Assembly: GCA_964016885.1 (NCBI GenBank)
Contig: OZ024743.1
Coordinates: forward strand, 147,684,001 to 147,748,000
Source: Eledone cirrhosa
Lineage: Eukaryota
Direction: 5' to 3'
DNA: 64,000 bases
Shown here piece by piece: positions 1 through 13,227 of this stretch. The notes beneath the pieces were generated by a model. The model was not told the origin of the DNA and did not search any database. It saw nothing but the letters and a program-made list of their open reading frames with translations. Numbering within the stretch: the stretch's first letter is position 1; every line of letters begins with the position of its first letter. The position numbers and the translations under genes were made by a program.

Positions 1-998
1 GTTTTTTTTTTAAAACTATCTTGTGATTCGACGAACTTTTTAGTAGATTAAACAAAGTAGTGAAGTTAATAAAGTTGACTAAAACTTCTTTAGGCTAACA
101 AGAAAATTTGTGATTGTTTTCGTAAGTTTACTTACGCATTCGTCAATCACATGTGCCTACTATATACTAAATTTTACTATACGCAAAACGGTACCGGTTT
201 ATTACTCGTGAAATGGTCCGCTACCTAGTGCTTGTGGTAAGATATAATCTGTTGATCTATCACTAGCTGACAACCTGACGCAATTTAACTTACCTTTTAT
301 TTTGTTAAAGTTACTAAAAAAAATTCAAAGACACCTCTATGACAAATATCATTTTCCACGCCTTTTTGTTTGTTAACTTGGAAATGCATTTTGGTATACT
401 TTATGCATTTTTTAAAAATATGGTAGTCATCCTATATGATCAATGCTCAGCCATATAGGCGGTCTCTATTCCAAGGCGAAATTAACAAACTATTCAATCT
501 GTATGAATGTTTCTTTTTAGAAGTTATACGAGAATTATAAATTGCCATTTCAGAGAGTAACATATAAATTAATAAAGCTATAGATATAATGTAGAAATAA
601 TAATAAACGGGCAGCTGGATGATGTAAGCAGTGAGATGAAGCAACGAGTAATTGTAATGCCATTAATAGCTATATATTTTATATGAAATAATAGAGAACA
701 GAAGCGTGTTTGGAGTTCATGGTGTGATAAAGAATTTAAACAAAATCTGATTAAAAACAAACATATTTTGTAAAGTATTCTGAATCTTTTTTATATAAAA
801 ATTGCATAATAATATCCGTCTACTCATACTTCATGAACCCATTCATCTTATTGTGAATAGAATTTGGTGAAGGTTCAGCTTTGTCATGTCTGAGTCAGAC
901 TTTAATTCTCAAAATAATAAATAAATAAGTAGATAAATGAAATAAAATAAAACAAAAAATAAATCAAAAGCATGCTCATTCAAACTTTGACTGACTTT

Positions 999-1058
<60 letters not shown>

Positions 1059-2814
1059 GGGGGGGGGGGGGCGTAATAGATGACAAAACTAGTTACGGTG
1101 ATGTCAAACGATTATCACTATGCTGATTACATGAGCAGGTTACCTGGAAGAGTTAATACGATTTCGAAATACTACATTAAGGTAATCAGTATGCTGTTTG
1201 TTTCCCATTTCTTGGTTCAAATTTCCAGTGAAATCTATGTGACAAATATAAAAAATCTTTCTTTTTAAATATTTTTTCTCTCAATCAAATTAAAAGTCGG
1301 ATTAATTGTATATGACATTTATAGGATGGAAAAGTAATGCAAAATTAGGATGCTTTAATCGATTCTAATGGTACAAACTTTATAAACATCAAAAATGACA
1401 GTAGATATGTTGGAAGAATATTATGTAAGTCCTGTTAAAAATGAAACTATATGTAATATCGTTTAGTCTAAAACCGTTTAAATCCAGTGGCTAGTAACAT
1501 AGTAGATACAATTGAATTCCACATTGTTTAATTACCTTCATTTGCATTCTAATTTTAAACTTTACTGCTGTTAGTTTTGCCTTTCGTATCTATGAAGTGA
1601 ATAAAATGTAGCAGTAATATATAAGATAATTTAACATATGCAGTGTAATTATATATCGGATTCTCTCATATAAAACCATAAAAAAGTGGGAAAGAAAATG
1701 TTATATCTATGATAACGTCTCAGATATTTTACTTACGATGTTCAAATACAGATTTCACAACATAAATTATAATTTTACTCCAGATTATAAAACATTGTTT
1801 GGTAGGGTATATTTTACAAACTTTACGACCATAGGCAGATATAAAAAGAAGCGGGTATATGGAGACGTAAGATGAGTGTAGTGTAACATAAAATATATGT
1901 CATTTTATGAAACACGGAAATTTAATGAGAAAATTCTGAAATATATAATACAACACCTAACACAGACGAACAGCTTCAAAATATTCAACAAATGTATTCA
2001 TCACAGATTATTTTATAATATGAAGTAAATAGTTTTTGAGCTTATTTGAAATGGAATAAATTTGTATGATAGAAAACTAATGTTTAATGTAAGGCACTTA
2101 CTATGTTTGGAAGCTTGACTTAATAACATTTACAGTAATTTCCTTAATATACAGGAGTAGCCAGTAACTAAAAACAGTTTTCTTGTTTGAATTCTGACAG
2201 TAATGGAGAAAATAATTGCAATAGGAAAGCAACGTACATCAACAACATTTGCATTCTGACCTAGTTCTATAGATTCTTGAGGTTCATTAAGCTTTATAAG
2301 ATATGGCTTTATCATATATTCAGCTGCTAGCGCACTTCTTAATATATATATTAATTAATTACCAACACGAGCGCTAAATATGTGCAAATTAGCATACCCA
2401 TTTCGGAATAATACTAAGAGTGAATAGGCATATATACACATCAAGTACATGATCCTTTGTGGATGAGGATCCAATAATAGGTGCGAAAACAGATTAACGG
2501 TGTTTATCACTATTTCATATTTTCTGGCAAGATTACAATTCTGCATAATAAAATTGTGTATATTCATATACACATTGTTGCAGTCTCAGTTACTAAGCCG
2601 GTATTTATACAGATATGGTTTTAACATACATTTAGGCTGTTTACGCATTTCCTAATATATATCTTAATTAATTACTATCAAGAGCAATAATTATAAAATG
2701 TGTGTACATTTATATAGAAATACTTGCGATCTCTGTTAAACACTTATGGCTTTATACACTTATGGCTTTAGCATATACTTCGGCAGCTAGTGCACATCTA
2801 GCGGGCGCGAACAG

Positions 2815-2911
<97 letters not shown>

Positions 2912-3604
2912 TGACAGAGGAGAAAAGGAATGACATAGTCTTTGTTTTGTTCTCTCTTTTCGTTTACTTTTAATTTATATTGTTCAAATCGAAGAGTCAT
3001 TCACATGATGACGTAAATATTTCGGAATATTTTAAGATAATGCAGAAAAATAGGGAATAAAAAATAAATTTAACAGTAAAACTTTTTTGTAAAAACAAAA
3101 CCGAAAATAGTAAGAGAATAACGATAGCAATAAAAATTAAAAGACACAAATAGTGAAGAAATATATATTTTAGAAGCCTCAAGCTAATATTTCAAACATA
3201 CGGGGTCAAATATATTCATTCACCCTAATTATCCAGTTTGGACTTTACTATATAACTTAAGGGCATAAACAGTGAACAGGGAAACGCTATGCCTTTAAAC
3301 TGCACCCTCTAACACAAAAAACTACACACAAACGCAACAACACACACACATTCATATACATATAGATATAAGGGGAGGTAGAAAAATGAGGAAGGGAACG
3401 AAAAGGAGATAGATAGAATGAGAGAGGGGGGGGGGGGGCAGAGAGAGAGAGAAAGTGATAGATCAGAATTTCGCATTAGGCACGCATATGCGAATATATA
3501 CAAGTAAATATGTACACGAGAAATGCATGTAAACAAAAACACACAGTCAGAGACAAATATGTGCACACACACGCAATATATATATATACATACACACACA
3601 AAAT

Positions 3605-3662
<58 letters not shown>

Positions 3663-4108
3663 CCTGCATACACAAATACCTACATATATACATATATGCA
3701 TAAATCATACATATATAAATACATGCATACATACATACATACATACATACATACATACATACATACATACATACATACATACATACATACATACATGCAT
3801 GCATAGTTATAAATGTTTGAATTCGTGTTTACGAGAAGAGATAGACTACTGAATTACATACATATAGAAATCAATATTTTAAATATTTACCCTGTAAATC
3901 CTTTCCTTGTATGTTACTTAAAGTTTCTCATAAACTCTAACAGGATCTATATGATGAATCGTTGCAAGAATTAAACAATACATCAGTTGCACTTAAAGAT
4001 AATGAAACTATATCTGGCTCTTCCTCAACTACTTCATGCAAATTGGAAGCAACTTTCTCCCGTTCGTGAAAAATCTGGGTGAAAGGTTATTATATATACG
4101 TGTATAGG

Positions 4109-4281
<173 letters not shown>

Positions 4282-4290
4282 GTATAAATA

Positions 4291-4720
4291 TAAAATAATT
4301 AAGTCAAATATGTAAAATGTGGCTTCGTTTATTATAAATTATAGATATACTGCTATATATATTTCGGTGACAGCCATCATTGGCTGTGACCTCTTCAGGC
4401 AGTCTGAATAGGTGTGGTAGAGACAGGTACACAGGTTGTTGAGTTGACGTGTGTTTTACTCCGTCAATACTCCGATATGTCCAGCTTCTAGTTGCGTTGT
4501 TATTTCTCTGAGGAACTGGAATCATGATTCCAATGATGGCCGTCACCGAAATATATATAACAGCATATCTATAATTTATAATAAACGAACCCAAATTTTA
4601 CATATTATGACTTAATTATTTTACATTACTCCGGAGTAAACAAACCAACCTGCGTACTTCGTCGAGTGCTCCAATCTGCATAGTGAAGTGTCGGTAAACA
4701 ACCAACATATACTCAAAATT
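4291..4720. mobile_element. Non-autonomous PLE-like pLTR fragment with inverted arms (4291-4383 / 4530-4623) in a (TA)n tract
   Basis: About 93-bp imperfect inverted repeat. The left arm continues into a full HHR; the right arm starts inside HHR stem II. TA tracts flank it. Confidence 0.7.
4349..4403 (-). ncRNA. Type I hammerhead ribozyme (minimal stem III)
   Basis: Reverse complement: actgc-CTGAAGA-ggtcacagcca atga tggctgtcacc-GAAA-tatata-TA-gcagt. Stem I actgc/gcagt, long stem II, AUA triplet. Confidence 0.85.
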
Positions 4721-5055
4721 TATATATATATATATATAATTATATATACTATATATATTCGATCATGGAATACCACAAGCTTACGTGTTACGTAAGTTGG
4801 ATAGATGATTTTGGTTCATAGAAACATATCGGACGTATTCTTTTAACCTGATTAGTTCTTTCGTTGTTTTTGGTATTGTATGGTTGGGTTTTGCCTGCCG
4901 CAATTTTCAATTTGTCAAGCTATTTAAACGTATTTTAAACGTATTCTATTACTCTAAGGACCTACGCTTATTGAGTGCTTTGCTACTCACTCCTTATTGT
5001 AGGTCGACTTTGCTTGGCCACAGCAAAAGCTTCGATTTTACTAAGCTTCAACTTG

Positions 5056-5212
<157 letters not shown>

Positions 5213-5227
5213 TATATATATATATTT

Positions 5228-5267
<40 letters not shown>

Positions 5268-5744
5268 TGTGTGTGTGTATTTGTGTGTATATATTTGTGT
5301 ATGTGTGTACACATACATACGCGAACACACACACAGACCCGCACACCTAACACAAACACAAGCACAAATATACATACATACATATATATATATATACATA
5401 TATACATACTTGATGGCAGCAACTCGATTACAAGTAATGCCACCGCTTAATAGTTAAGCCTGAGCATCACGGACAACGGTTTTTTTCTCCAGCTAGGGAC
5501 TTCCCTATGGCCAGCAATACCATGCATTGCAAAATATATTACATATCAAGTAATACCTGTGCTTGAAGCTTCTTTAAGTAAGGAAAGACTTACACGGAGG
5601 CAATCCCAATCTCTGAACATCGAATGTATTTGGCCCCAAACAAGGAGAGGTCTTCACCATTGGATGCAATCGAAGTATCAGAGTAAATTTTCTAGAAAAA
5701 TGTCTTTATGAAGACTCTCTGCCCCCCCCCCCCCCCCAAAAAAA

Positions 5745-5885
5745 AAACGGGTTTTGGTTTTCATCCCAAATGGTTTTCAAAGTCACCCTCTTCACTAAAC
5801 AAGCCGACGACCCGACCAAGCACAGGTTGTACTAGGTTACATGTTACCAGTAGCGCTGATGAACGACCTAAAATACATACATACA
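5745..5885 (+). repeat. 3' end of an interspersed retroposon with (TACA)n tail
   Basis: Shares 'ttgtact(a/g)ggttacatgttaccagtagc...gacct' plus a TACA tail with 19110-19400. Confidence 0.5.
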
Positions 5886-6157
5886 TATATCTTACACAGC
5901 ATGGCGTAAATGAGATGGTCAGTATCCCTCGTTGCTCTTTAAACTGCACTTAGCTTTAGCTTGTTTAAATAAGATTATACTCTTAGGGTATGATTTTTGT
6001 GAATATTTTCGTAATTTAGATTACAACCGGGTTGTACCCATTGGCGATTTTGTATTTATATATAGAATGTACTATATGTACATGCTTCTCTAAATAACGT
6101 CTTTAGTAATTCGTTTTAATAAGATGTTAAGTTTATTGCTGACAAATTTTACTTAAG

Positions 6158-6249
<92 letters not shown>

Positions 6250-6509
6250 CGTCGACGTCTCGTCTTCGTTTACGGTGCTATTGTATTGGTGAGCATCAAA
6301 ACCGATCTTGCAAAGATAGATTGCGCACGTTGGTCACAGCTGAGTATTTGAAATAAATAAATTTGACAGCTTCATTTATCTGCAATTTCAATTCATATAT
6401 TTCGTATGTTTATTATTTTTTATTTCTTACATTCTTAACACTATTTCGATGTCATATTTGTCCTTGATCTTTCATTTTCATCGTATATATATATATATAT
6501 GTATATATA

Positions 6510-6664
6510 GGAAAAAGTATAACCCCGACGGCAGAGCTCAAGCCGTTTCAACGGCTATTTTTGGACTGTCCAGAAATAGCCGTTTCTATCACCCACTCTA
6601 CTACCCTAAGTATTGAGTACTCTGGTGCGTTATGGTCCATCTGGTTCCTTACCACAAATCCTTC

Positions 6665-6668
<4 letters not shown>
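6510..6668 (+). mobile_element. Fold-back half-HHR element, copy 1 (internal deletion)
   Basis: Homologous to 11450, 12998, 23651 and 30847; TA-flanked. Confidence 0.75.
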
Positions 6669-6703
<35 letters not shown>

Positions 6704-6842
6704 TTGTGTTGTCTAAACGTATTTGTCAGATTAACTTCCAATTTATATCTAATGTTGATTTGAAGATTTATAAACATCTCTAAAAAGATTACGACTTGAT
6801 ATATTTGCGATAATTTACACAATTTAATATTAGATGTTTGAA

Positions 6843-7060
6843 AATGGCGGTGGATTTGCAGTATCGGTAGAGGGTTGGACGCCCTGCTTTGCAACATAGA
6901 GTTACGGCCCTTTATGATCTGAGTTCAAATCCCACCGAGGTTAATTTTGCCTTTCATCCGATAAAATAAGTACCAGTCCGCACTGGAGTCGATTTAATCG
7001 ACTTTTCCCTCCCCTAAATTTGCTGAACTTCTGTCTGCATAAGAAACCAATATTAGATGT
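6843..7060 (+). mobile_element. tRNA-derived SINE (family A)
   Basis: A-box-like ttgcagtatcgg, B-box gagttcaaatccc, shared core 'gcctttcatcc..gataaaataagtacca'. Confidence 0.8.
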
Positions 7061-8468
7061 TTGAAAAAAGATAAGACTGATATTTCGAATAAACAACCTT
7101 CGAACATTGGTCCGTTGATAAGGGGCCAGCTGGGTAAAAAAAAGCAAAACACACATTTGTTGGTTGATTTTATTTATGTAAACAAACTTCTCCCTTCTCT
7201 TGCAAAAAAGAAACAAAAAACATTGATGCGTATTTCTGGAATTAATGATTATAAGTTAGATATTTAGAGTTTTTCGTTTATTTCTTAGACATACACAATA
7301 TGCATATGTGTGAGTGTGTACGTGTTTATGTGCATGTAAGTCAAAATGAATATTTACTGATTACTAAGAAATATATATTAAAATATGAAATATGAAATGT
7401 AGAACCAAGCTTCCTCGAATTCTAGCGTTATGAAAATCTATTTTATTGCTATGTTAATGAACAAAAATTTAATATTTCTATCACTGAGATCTTTCACAAA
7501 ATGAAATAACATATATTATTCCAAGAACATAGAGTTAGCAAACAATATACATGTATATAGAATGAATTAAAACATACAGCGGAAATGACTAAATAAACAG
7601 TACGAGGATAGATGAATAATTAATATATATCTAAAATAAAAACATCAAGATGTCGTCTGTTTCATAAAGAATACGATAGAAATGTATTGCAACTGTTTTA
7701 TAGTGCCAATAGAGTGCTTCTAAACGAGGTTGTTTATTTTCCTTCTTTTTAGTATACAGCATTGTATTTGTAATGGAATACGTGCAACTTATTTCTAGGT
7801 TCTCAAAGGATCCATTTAGTATCCTTTGAGTACCATAAGGAAGTACTGTTGTAAATATATTTTGATATTATTAACATTTTCGTTGGTAACAGAAGATCCA
7901 TACACACACTTACACACAGATACCTTCACACACTAGGGCCTGTGCACAGTCATATTCAAACATGGACGCACACGCAAGGACACAAGCACACAACCTTCTA
8001 TTCATAAATGAAAATAATTTGTTGTTTAGAATTCTTCCAGATGGTGAAAGAAAGTGATTCTTAGCTACATTGCTCAGGTCCACAACCCACCAGGAGAATG
8101 TATAAAAATAGCCATCAATGACAGTTCCAGATATAATTGTCAAACTATGTATTTTCACTGTAATATATCAGAGCAACGGGGATTTTCTCTCGGAGCGATA
8201 TCAAATGCAATTTAATTCTATGTAATTATCCAAGGAAGATGTATTTCAAACAATATACGAAATTGTTTTAAATAACCTAGCATCATTGACTTGCCTCACA
8301 AAGCCTAGACAAATGTTCGTAAGTATTAATAGAATGACTGTTATAATATTTTCTCTCCTTTGTTGCACCTCTCTCTCGCTCTCAATCTCTCTCTCTCTTT
8401 CGCGATATACACACACACACGCATACACACATACATACATATATATTAGAATTGGAGCTCTGAAATAG

Positions 8469-8543
<75 letters not shown>

Positions 8544-8654
8544 GTATTTTGCAATACACTTTATGCTTAATTAAAAGCATTTTGAAGACCGTATGCTATT
8601 GTTTTAGAGTAGTGACAAATTCACTTACTTTAATCTCAGCAAACAGGGGAGATA

Positions 8655-8700
8655 AGCCGACAAGGGCCTTGTTTCGCTTTTGTTGAAGCTTATCAAGGCT
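8655..8700 (-). ncRNA. Type I hammerhead ribozyme, U3-A8 core variant
   Basis: Reverse complement: agcc-TTGATAA-gctt caacaa aagc-GAAA-caaggcccttg-TC-ggct. Confidence 0.8.
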
Positions 8701-8905
8701 AACTACCCCTCCTGTCTACTGAGATTACTGATTTATATTCTTATAGAATTCTAGTAAATAATCAGGAGCTGATTATACAGAGCGATTGTTGGTCAGGCAG
8801 AAATTAAAAATTAGAATTGGAGCTCTGAAATAGCTGCTCCTGATTATTTACTAGAATTCTATAAGAATATAACATCAGTAATCTCAGTAGACAGGAGGGG
8901 TAGTT

Positions 8906-8951
8906 AGCCTTGATAAGCTTCAACAAAAGCGAAACAAGACCCTTGTCGGCT
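8906..8951 (+). ncRNA. Type I hammerhead ribozyme, U3-A8 core variant
   Basis: agcc-TTGATAA-gctt caacaa aagc-GAAA-caag acc cttg-TC-ggct; GUC triplet. Confidence 0.8.
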
Positions 8952-9109
8952 TATCTCCCATGTTTGCTGAGATTAAAGTAAGTGAATTTGTCACTACTCT
9001 AAAACAATAGCATACGGTCTTCAAAATGCTTTTAATTAAGGATAAAGTGTATTGCAAAATACATTATATATACATCCATACATATATATATATACACATA
9101 TACATACAC

Positions 9110-9167
<58 letters not shown>

Positions 9168-9670
9168 GTATGTATACGTACATACATATATGTATACAGA
9201 CGTACAGTAGTATGTATATATACATACATGCACGCATATATATATATATATGTACGTATGGATTTACCGAGCATTTATTATAAAGCTCGGTTTGTTTGTA
9301 AACAAACATCCCGAATTAAGCCGCACAGTGTTTAGCAACCATCGTTGCCCTTTTGCTCAACACTGACAAAGGAACGATGTACTAGTTTCAAGCTTATTAG
9401 CTATCGTCAGCACCGTATACCTTCCTGCCAGATGATTGAAGGTCTGAAAGTATATACTTTCCTTATGCATATTAACGGCTGAGCAGCGTAATTTGCATAT
9501 CGAATGAGTTAATCGGCCGGGCGCGCCGAAAACGACAAATGGAAAAAATGAAAGAAATTTCATTTCTCACTCTTAGTACGGCTGTTACTTAAATATAAGT
9601 ATGTATACGTACATACATATATGTATACAGACGTACAGTAGTATGTATATATATACATACATGCATACAT
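9168..9670 (-). mobile_element. Retrozyme-like tandem unit (period about 431 bp, about 1.2 units) with HHR
   Basis: gtatgtatacgtacatac... recurs at 9168 and 9599; homologous to 28240-28801 in the opposite orientation; non-coding. Confidence 0.75.
9374..9416 (-). ncRNA. Minimal type I hammerhead ribozyme
   Basis: Reverse complement: acggtg-CTGACGA-tagct aata agctt-GAAA-ctag-TA-catcgt; palindromic stem III ACTAGT. Confidence 0.85.
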
Positions 9671-9841
9671 GTACGTCAGCACTGTCAAACGATCTCATGG
9701 AGACGTCGAACAGGTCTGAAGATGTAGACTTATTTGCCCAGGCTACTCCGTCATTGAAGAGGAGGGTTTTCCGGCAGTGAGCGATGATTTCCCTGTCTAA
9801 ACCATTTTGAAGTAATAGCGTTATGGGCCAGGTGGCGGAAA

Positions 9842-11081
9842 GTTTAGACAGGGAAATCATCGCTCACTGCCGGAAAACCCTCCTCTTCAATGACGGAGTA
9901 GCCTGGGCAAATAAGTCTACATCTTCAGACCTGTTCGACGTCTCCATGGGATCGTTTAACAGTGCTGACGTATGTGACTTGGTTGGCCTTTTTATCTTAG
10001 ACATATTACGTGTTAGATTCCCTGACTTCCACACGGGAATATACCGTGACGATGGACTGACTTTATCGAGCCATAAAAGTGGTCACGACCTCGACCGGTT
10101 TAAAAAAGACTTAGCTTCTACCTTCAATGAGTTAGGACTTAGGATAACAGTAGCCACCAACCTCTCTAGCGTAGATTTCTTAGACATTAATTTAGACCTT
10201 CGCACACACAGCTACAGACCCTTCCATAAGTTAAAGAGAAACTTAATTACAGTCACAAGGACTCATGCCACCCTCCCACTGTTTTTAGAAACTTCGTTAA
10301 GAATATCAGTACTAGAATCTCACACCTCTCCTCTAATAAGGCTATCTTTGACAAGGCGGCACCCTACTATAACGCGGCGTTGGCTAACAGCGGATTCTCA
10401 CGACTTATCACCTACTCTCCCACTAGCAACAACACCATTAAGAAAAGTAAGCGCATCAATAGACAAACTATCTGGTTCTCTCCTCCCTCCTCACTCAACG
10501 TTAAAACCAATGTAGGAAAAAAATGTCTAGCCCTCTGAGATAGACACTAGGTCATCAATACCGCTTCATCTTTAACCGACACAAATTTAAACTAGGATAC
10601 TCCTGCGCTAAGAACATGAAGGCCCACATCACCAGCAGCCCTAGGAGCAACACCCACCAGGGTGCTCTTGCCGTAAGCCTGAAGCTTGCCCCTTCAACAA
10701 CAATGGAACGCACCAGCTGTAATCTATGAAGCTGTGGTCACTTGCAACCGACCAAACGAACCACAGGAGGTCAAATCCTATGTGGGCATGGCGGAGGGCG
10801 GATTCAAGGAGCGTTTCCTGAACCACCAGTCTACCTTCAGATACCCGGACAGAGATTCATCCACGAAACTCGCGAGCCACGTATGGTCCCTCAAGGACTC
10901 AAGTATAGGGTACTCCATTCAATGGAAAGCCATCACTAAGTCCAAGCCATTCGCAAGGGGAAATCCGACGTGTGGCTTATGTATTGACGAACGAATAACT
11001 ATCCTAAAGAGATTACGCAATAGTGATTGCCTAAACATGAGGAGTGAATTTTTCACACGTTACCAAACATCTATTGCATAA
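9842..11081 (+). pseudogene. Disrupted PLE reverse transcriptase-GIY-YIG endonuclease ORF
   Basis: ORFs 9823..10515 (RT, YRDD) and 10686..11081 (GIY-YIG), linked across frameshifts. Confidence 0.88.
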
Positions 11082-11282
11082 CTACAAGGCTCCGGACTGA
11101 TTCTCTTTAATTTAATTTTTAATTTTTTTATTTTATTTTCAACCAAAAAACTTTCCGGACTTTCGCAGTTATCTCCCTTACACACCCCGCACGCAGTCTA
11201 GTATTGCCTGTGTGAAGTGACCGTGTTTCTGCGCATGCGCGTTCATACGGTTGTCCTTCCTGTTCCTATAACCATTCACATC

Positions 11283-11322
11283 CCGAGCTGAAGATCCGCG
11301 AAAGTGAAACAATTGTTCTCGG
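11283..11322 (+). ncRNA. PLE pLTR hammerhead ribozyme (stem II shortened)
   Basis: ccgag-CTGAAGA-tccgcgaaagt-GAAA-caattg-TT-ctcgg; palindromic stem III ACAATTGT; about 200 bp after the PLE ORF end. Confidence 0.8.
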
Positions 11323-11348
11323 TATGGTGAACTAACTGTTGTGTAACC

Positions 11349-11687
<339 letters not shown>

Positions 11688-11812
11688 TTCTTTCTCTCTA
11701 CCTCATTCCCAATAACTTCCTTTAGTTATTGATGCACAGGAGTTTGATATATCCATGATCCCCAACAGACAACTGATGAAGGAAAGTTTTTTCTCCCGTT
11801 CGTGCTGACCTC

Positions 11813-11879
<67 letters not shown>

Positions 11880-12012
11880 AAAGTGAGGGATTTTTTACAA
11901 AATGAAAAATAACCGCGGTGTCCTACACGAGTGAAAGTATAAAGAAAAAATGATGAAATCGAAAATGCATCTGGAGTCTTATTTTTTAAAATATATATAT
12001 ATATATTCGTTC

Positions 12013-12048
12013 CTTTACCGGTTTCGCAGTTCTTCTGCTTTTCAAAAG
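12013..12048 (-). ncRNA. Minimal hammerhead, U3-A8 variant
   Basis: Inverted copy of 12087-12122. Confidence 0.65.
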
Positions 12049-12086
12049 TAGAGTTGAGATGGAGGGCCTGTGGTATCTCAACTCTA

Positions 12087-12122
12087 CTTTTGAAAAGCAG
12101 AAGAACTGCGAAACCGGTAAAG
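12087..12122 (+). ncRNA. Minimal hammerhead, U3-A8 variant
   Basis: ctt-TTGAAAA-gcag aagaa ctgc-GAAA-ccgg-TA-aag; stem III palindrome ACCGGT; stem I only 3 bp. Confidence 0.65.
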
Positions 12123-12125
12123 GAA

Positions 12126-12171
<46 letters not shown>

Positions 12172-12997
12172 TTTTTAAAATAAGACTCCAGTTGCATTTT
12201 CAATTTCATCTTTTTTTCTTTATATATATATATATATAGTAATAATAATAAATTTGAAGACTAAAATCCATAGAGGGCTCGATAAGGATAAATATATTTC
12301 AAATATATAAGAACCGTAGAGAAAATATTTATTTAAATATATACATATAAATAAAACGAAAGCACGGACTGGAGAACATTTTCCTTCATCATGTGTCTAT
12401 TGTGAATCATCGATATTTCCACGCATTAGAGACAAGATATCTAACCCCACTGCTTCAATAACTAAAGGAAGTTATTGGGGAAAAATGGAGAGAAATAATA
12501 TATGTATAACAGAAGGGAAAAGGTAAGAAATGGAAATAAAAACACCGAAAAAACCGGTAAAAATAAATAAACCTTAGAGGGAAACCCGAAGCACACGTGT
12601 GTGAGCAACTCGAAGAAGGAGAAACAATTAAAGTCTACATCATCTACTGAACTTAAGTCCGAGGCTGTGTAGACGAGAAAAAAAACACGTTTGACCTTCG
12701 CAAGAGTAAGTGAGAAAGAGACAGCGAGGGGATCAGGCGAGAGAAACAGCGAGGTGGCTAGCAGAGAGAGGGATAGTAAAAGTGAGAGGGAGAAAGGGAG
12801 AGAAAGAAAGAAGAGTTGATAGCAACAAAATAGATAAGCAGAAAGAGAGAACAATCACAGCAAAAGTTGATAAAAATTAAGAAGAAACAGGGGCTGGGTA
12901 GTTGGTGTTAAAGTGTATTTATAAATAAGAGGAAAGTACGAACGGGAGAAAATTTTCCTTCATCATGTCTATGTATATATGTATATATATATATATA

Positions 12998-13186
12998 TAA
13001 CGAAGGAAATGTGGTAAGGAACCAGGTGGACCATAACGCACCAAAGTACTCAATACTTGGGGTAGTAGAGTGGGTAATAGGAACAAGTAAGACCCCGACG
13101 GCTGAGCTCAAGCCGTTTCGACGGCTAATTCTGTCAGAATTAGCCGTTGAAACGGCTTGAGCTCAGCGGTCGGGGTCTTACTTGTT

Positions 13187-13190
<4 letters not shown>
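12998..13190 (-). mobile_element. Fold-back half-HHR element, copy 3
   Basis: Hairpin centred near 13133; TA-flanked. Confidence 0.8.

Positions 13191-13227
<37 letters not shown>

Larger units (their letters stand above)
8541..9065. mobile_element. Palindromic element: about 229-bp inverted arms (8541-8769 / 8836-9065), each carrying an HHR
   Basis: Near-identical inverted arms, about 66-bp spacer, (TA)n on both sides. Confidence 0.85.
11940..12222. mobile_element. Nested palindrome whose inner arms carry minimal HHRs
   Basis: Outer inverted repeat 11940-11990 / 12170-12222, TA tracts, inner inverted repeat about 12009-12060 / 12075-12126. Confidence 0.75.
11690..12970. repeat. Fragments of a further repeat family (11690-11820 +, 12345-12500 -, 12920-12970 -)
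   Basis: Shared 'ccccaataacttcctttagttattga' and/or 'tgatgaaggaaa..ttctcc(c)gt(t/c)cgt' in opposite orientations. Confidence 0.55.

Noticed and set aside
4508-4566. Plus-strand CTGAGGA...GAAA apparent full HHR
   Set aside because: Stem II does not close and stem I is poor; the CTGAGGA lies outside the duplicated arm and is probably coincidental.
6248-6275. gtcgacgtctcgtc resembling a reverse GACGAAACGTC HHR end
   Set aside because: GAAA is mutated and no core is found upstream.
11765-11820. CTGATGAagg.. possible HHR 5' half
   Set aside because: No matching GAAA or stem III found, and the two sister fragments read ATGATGA.
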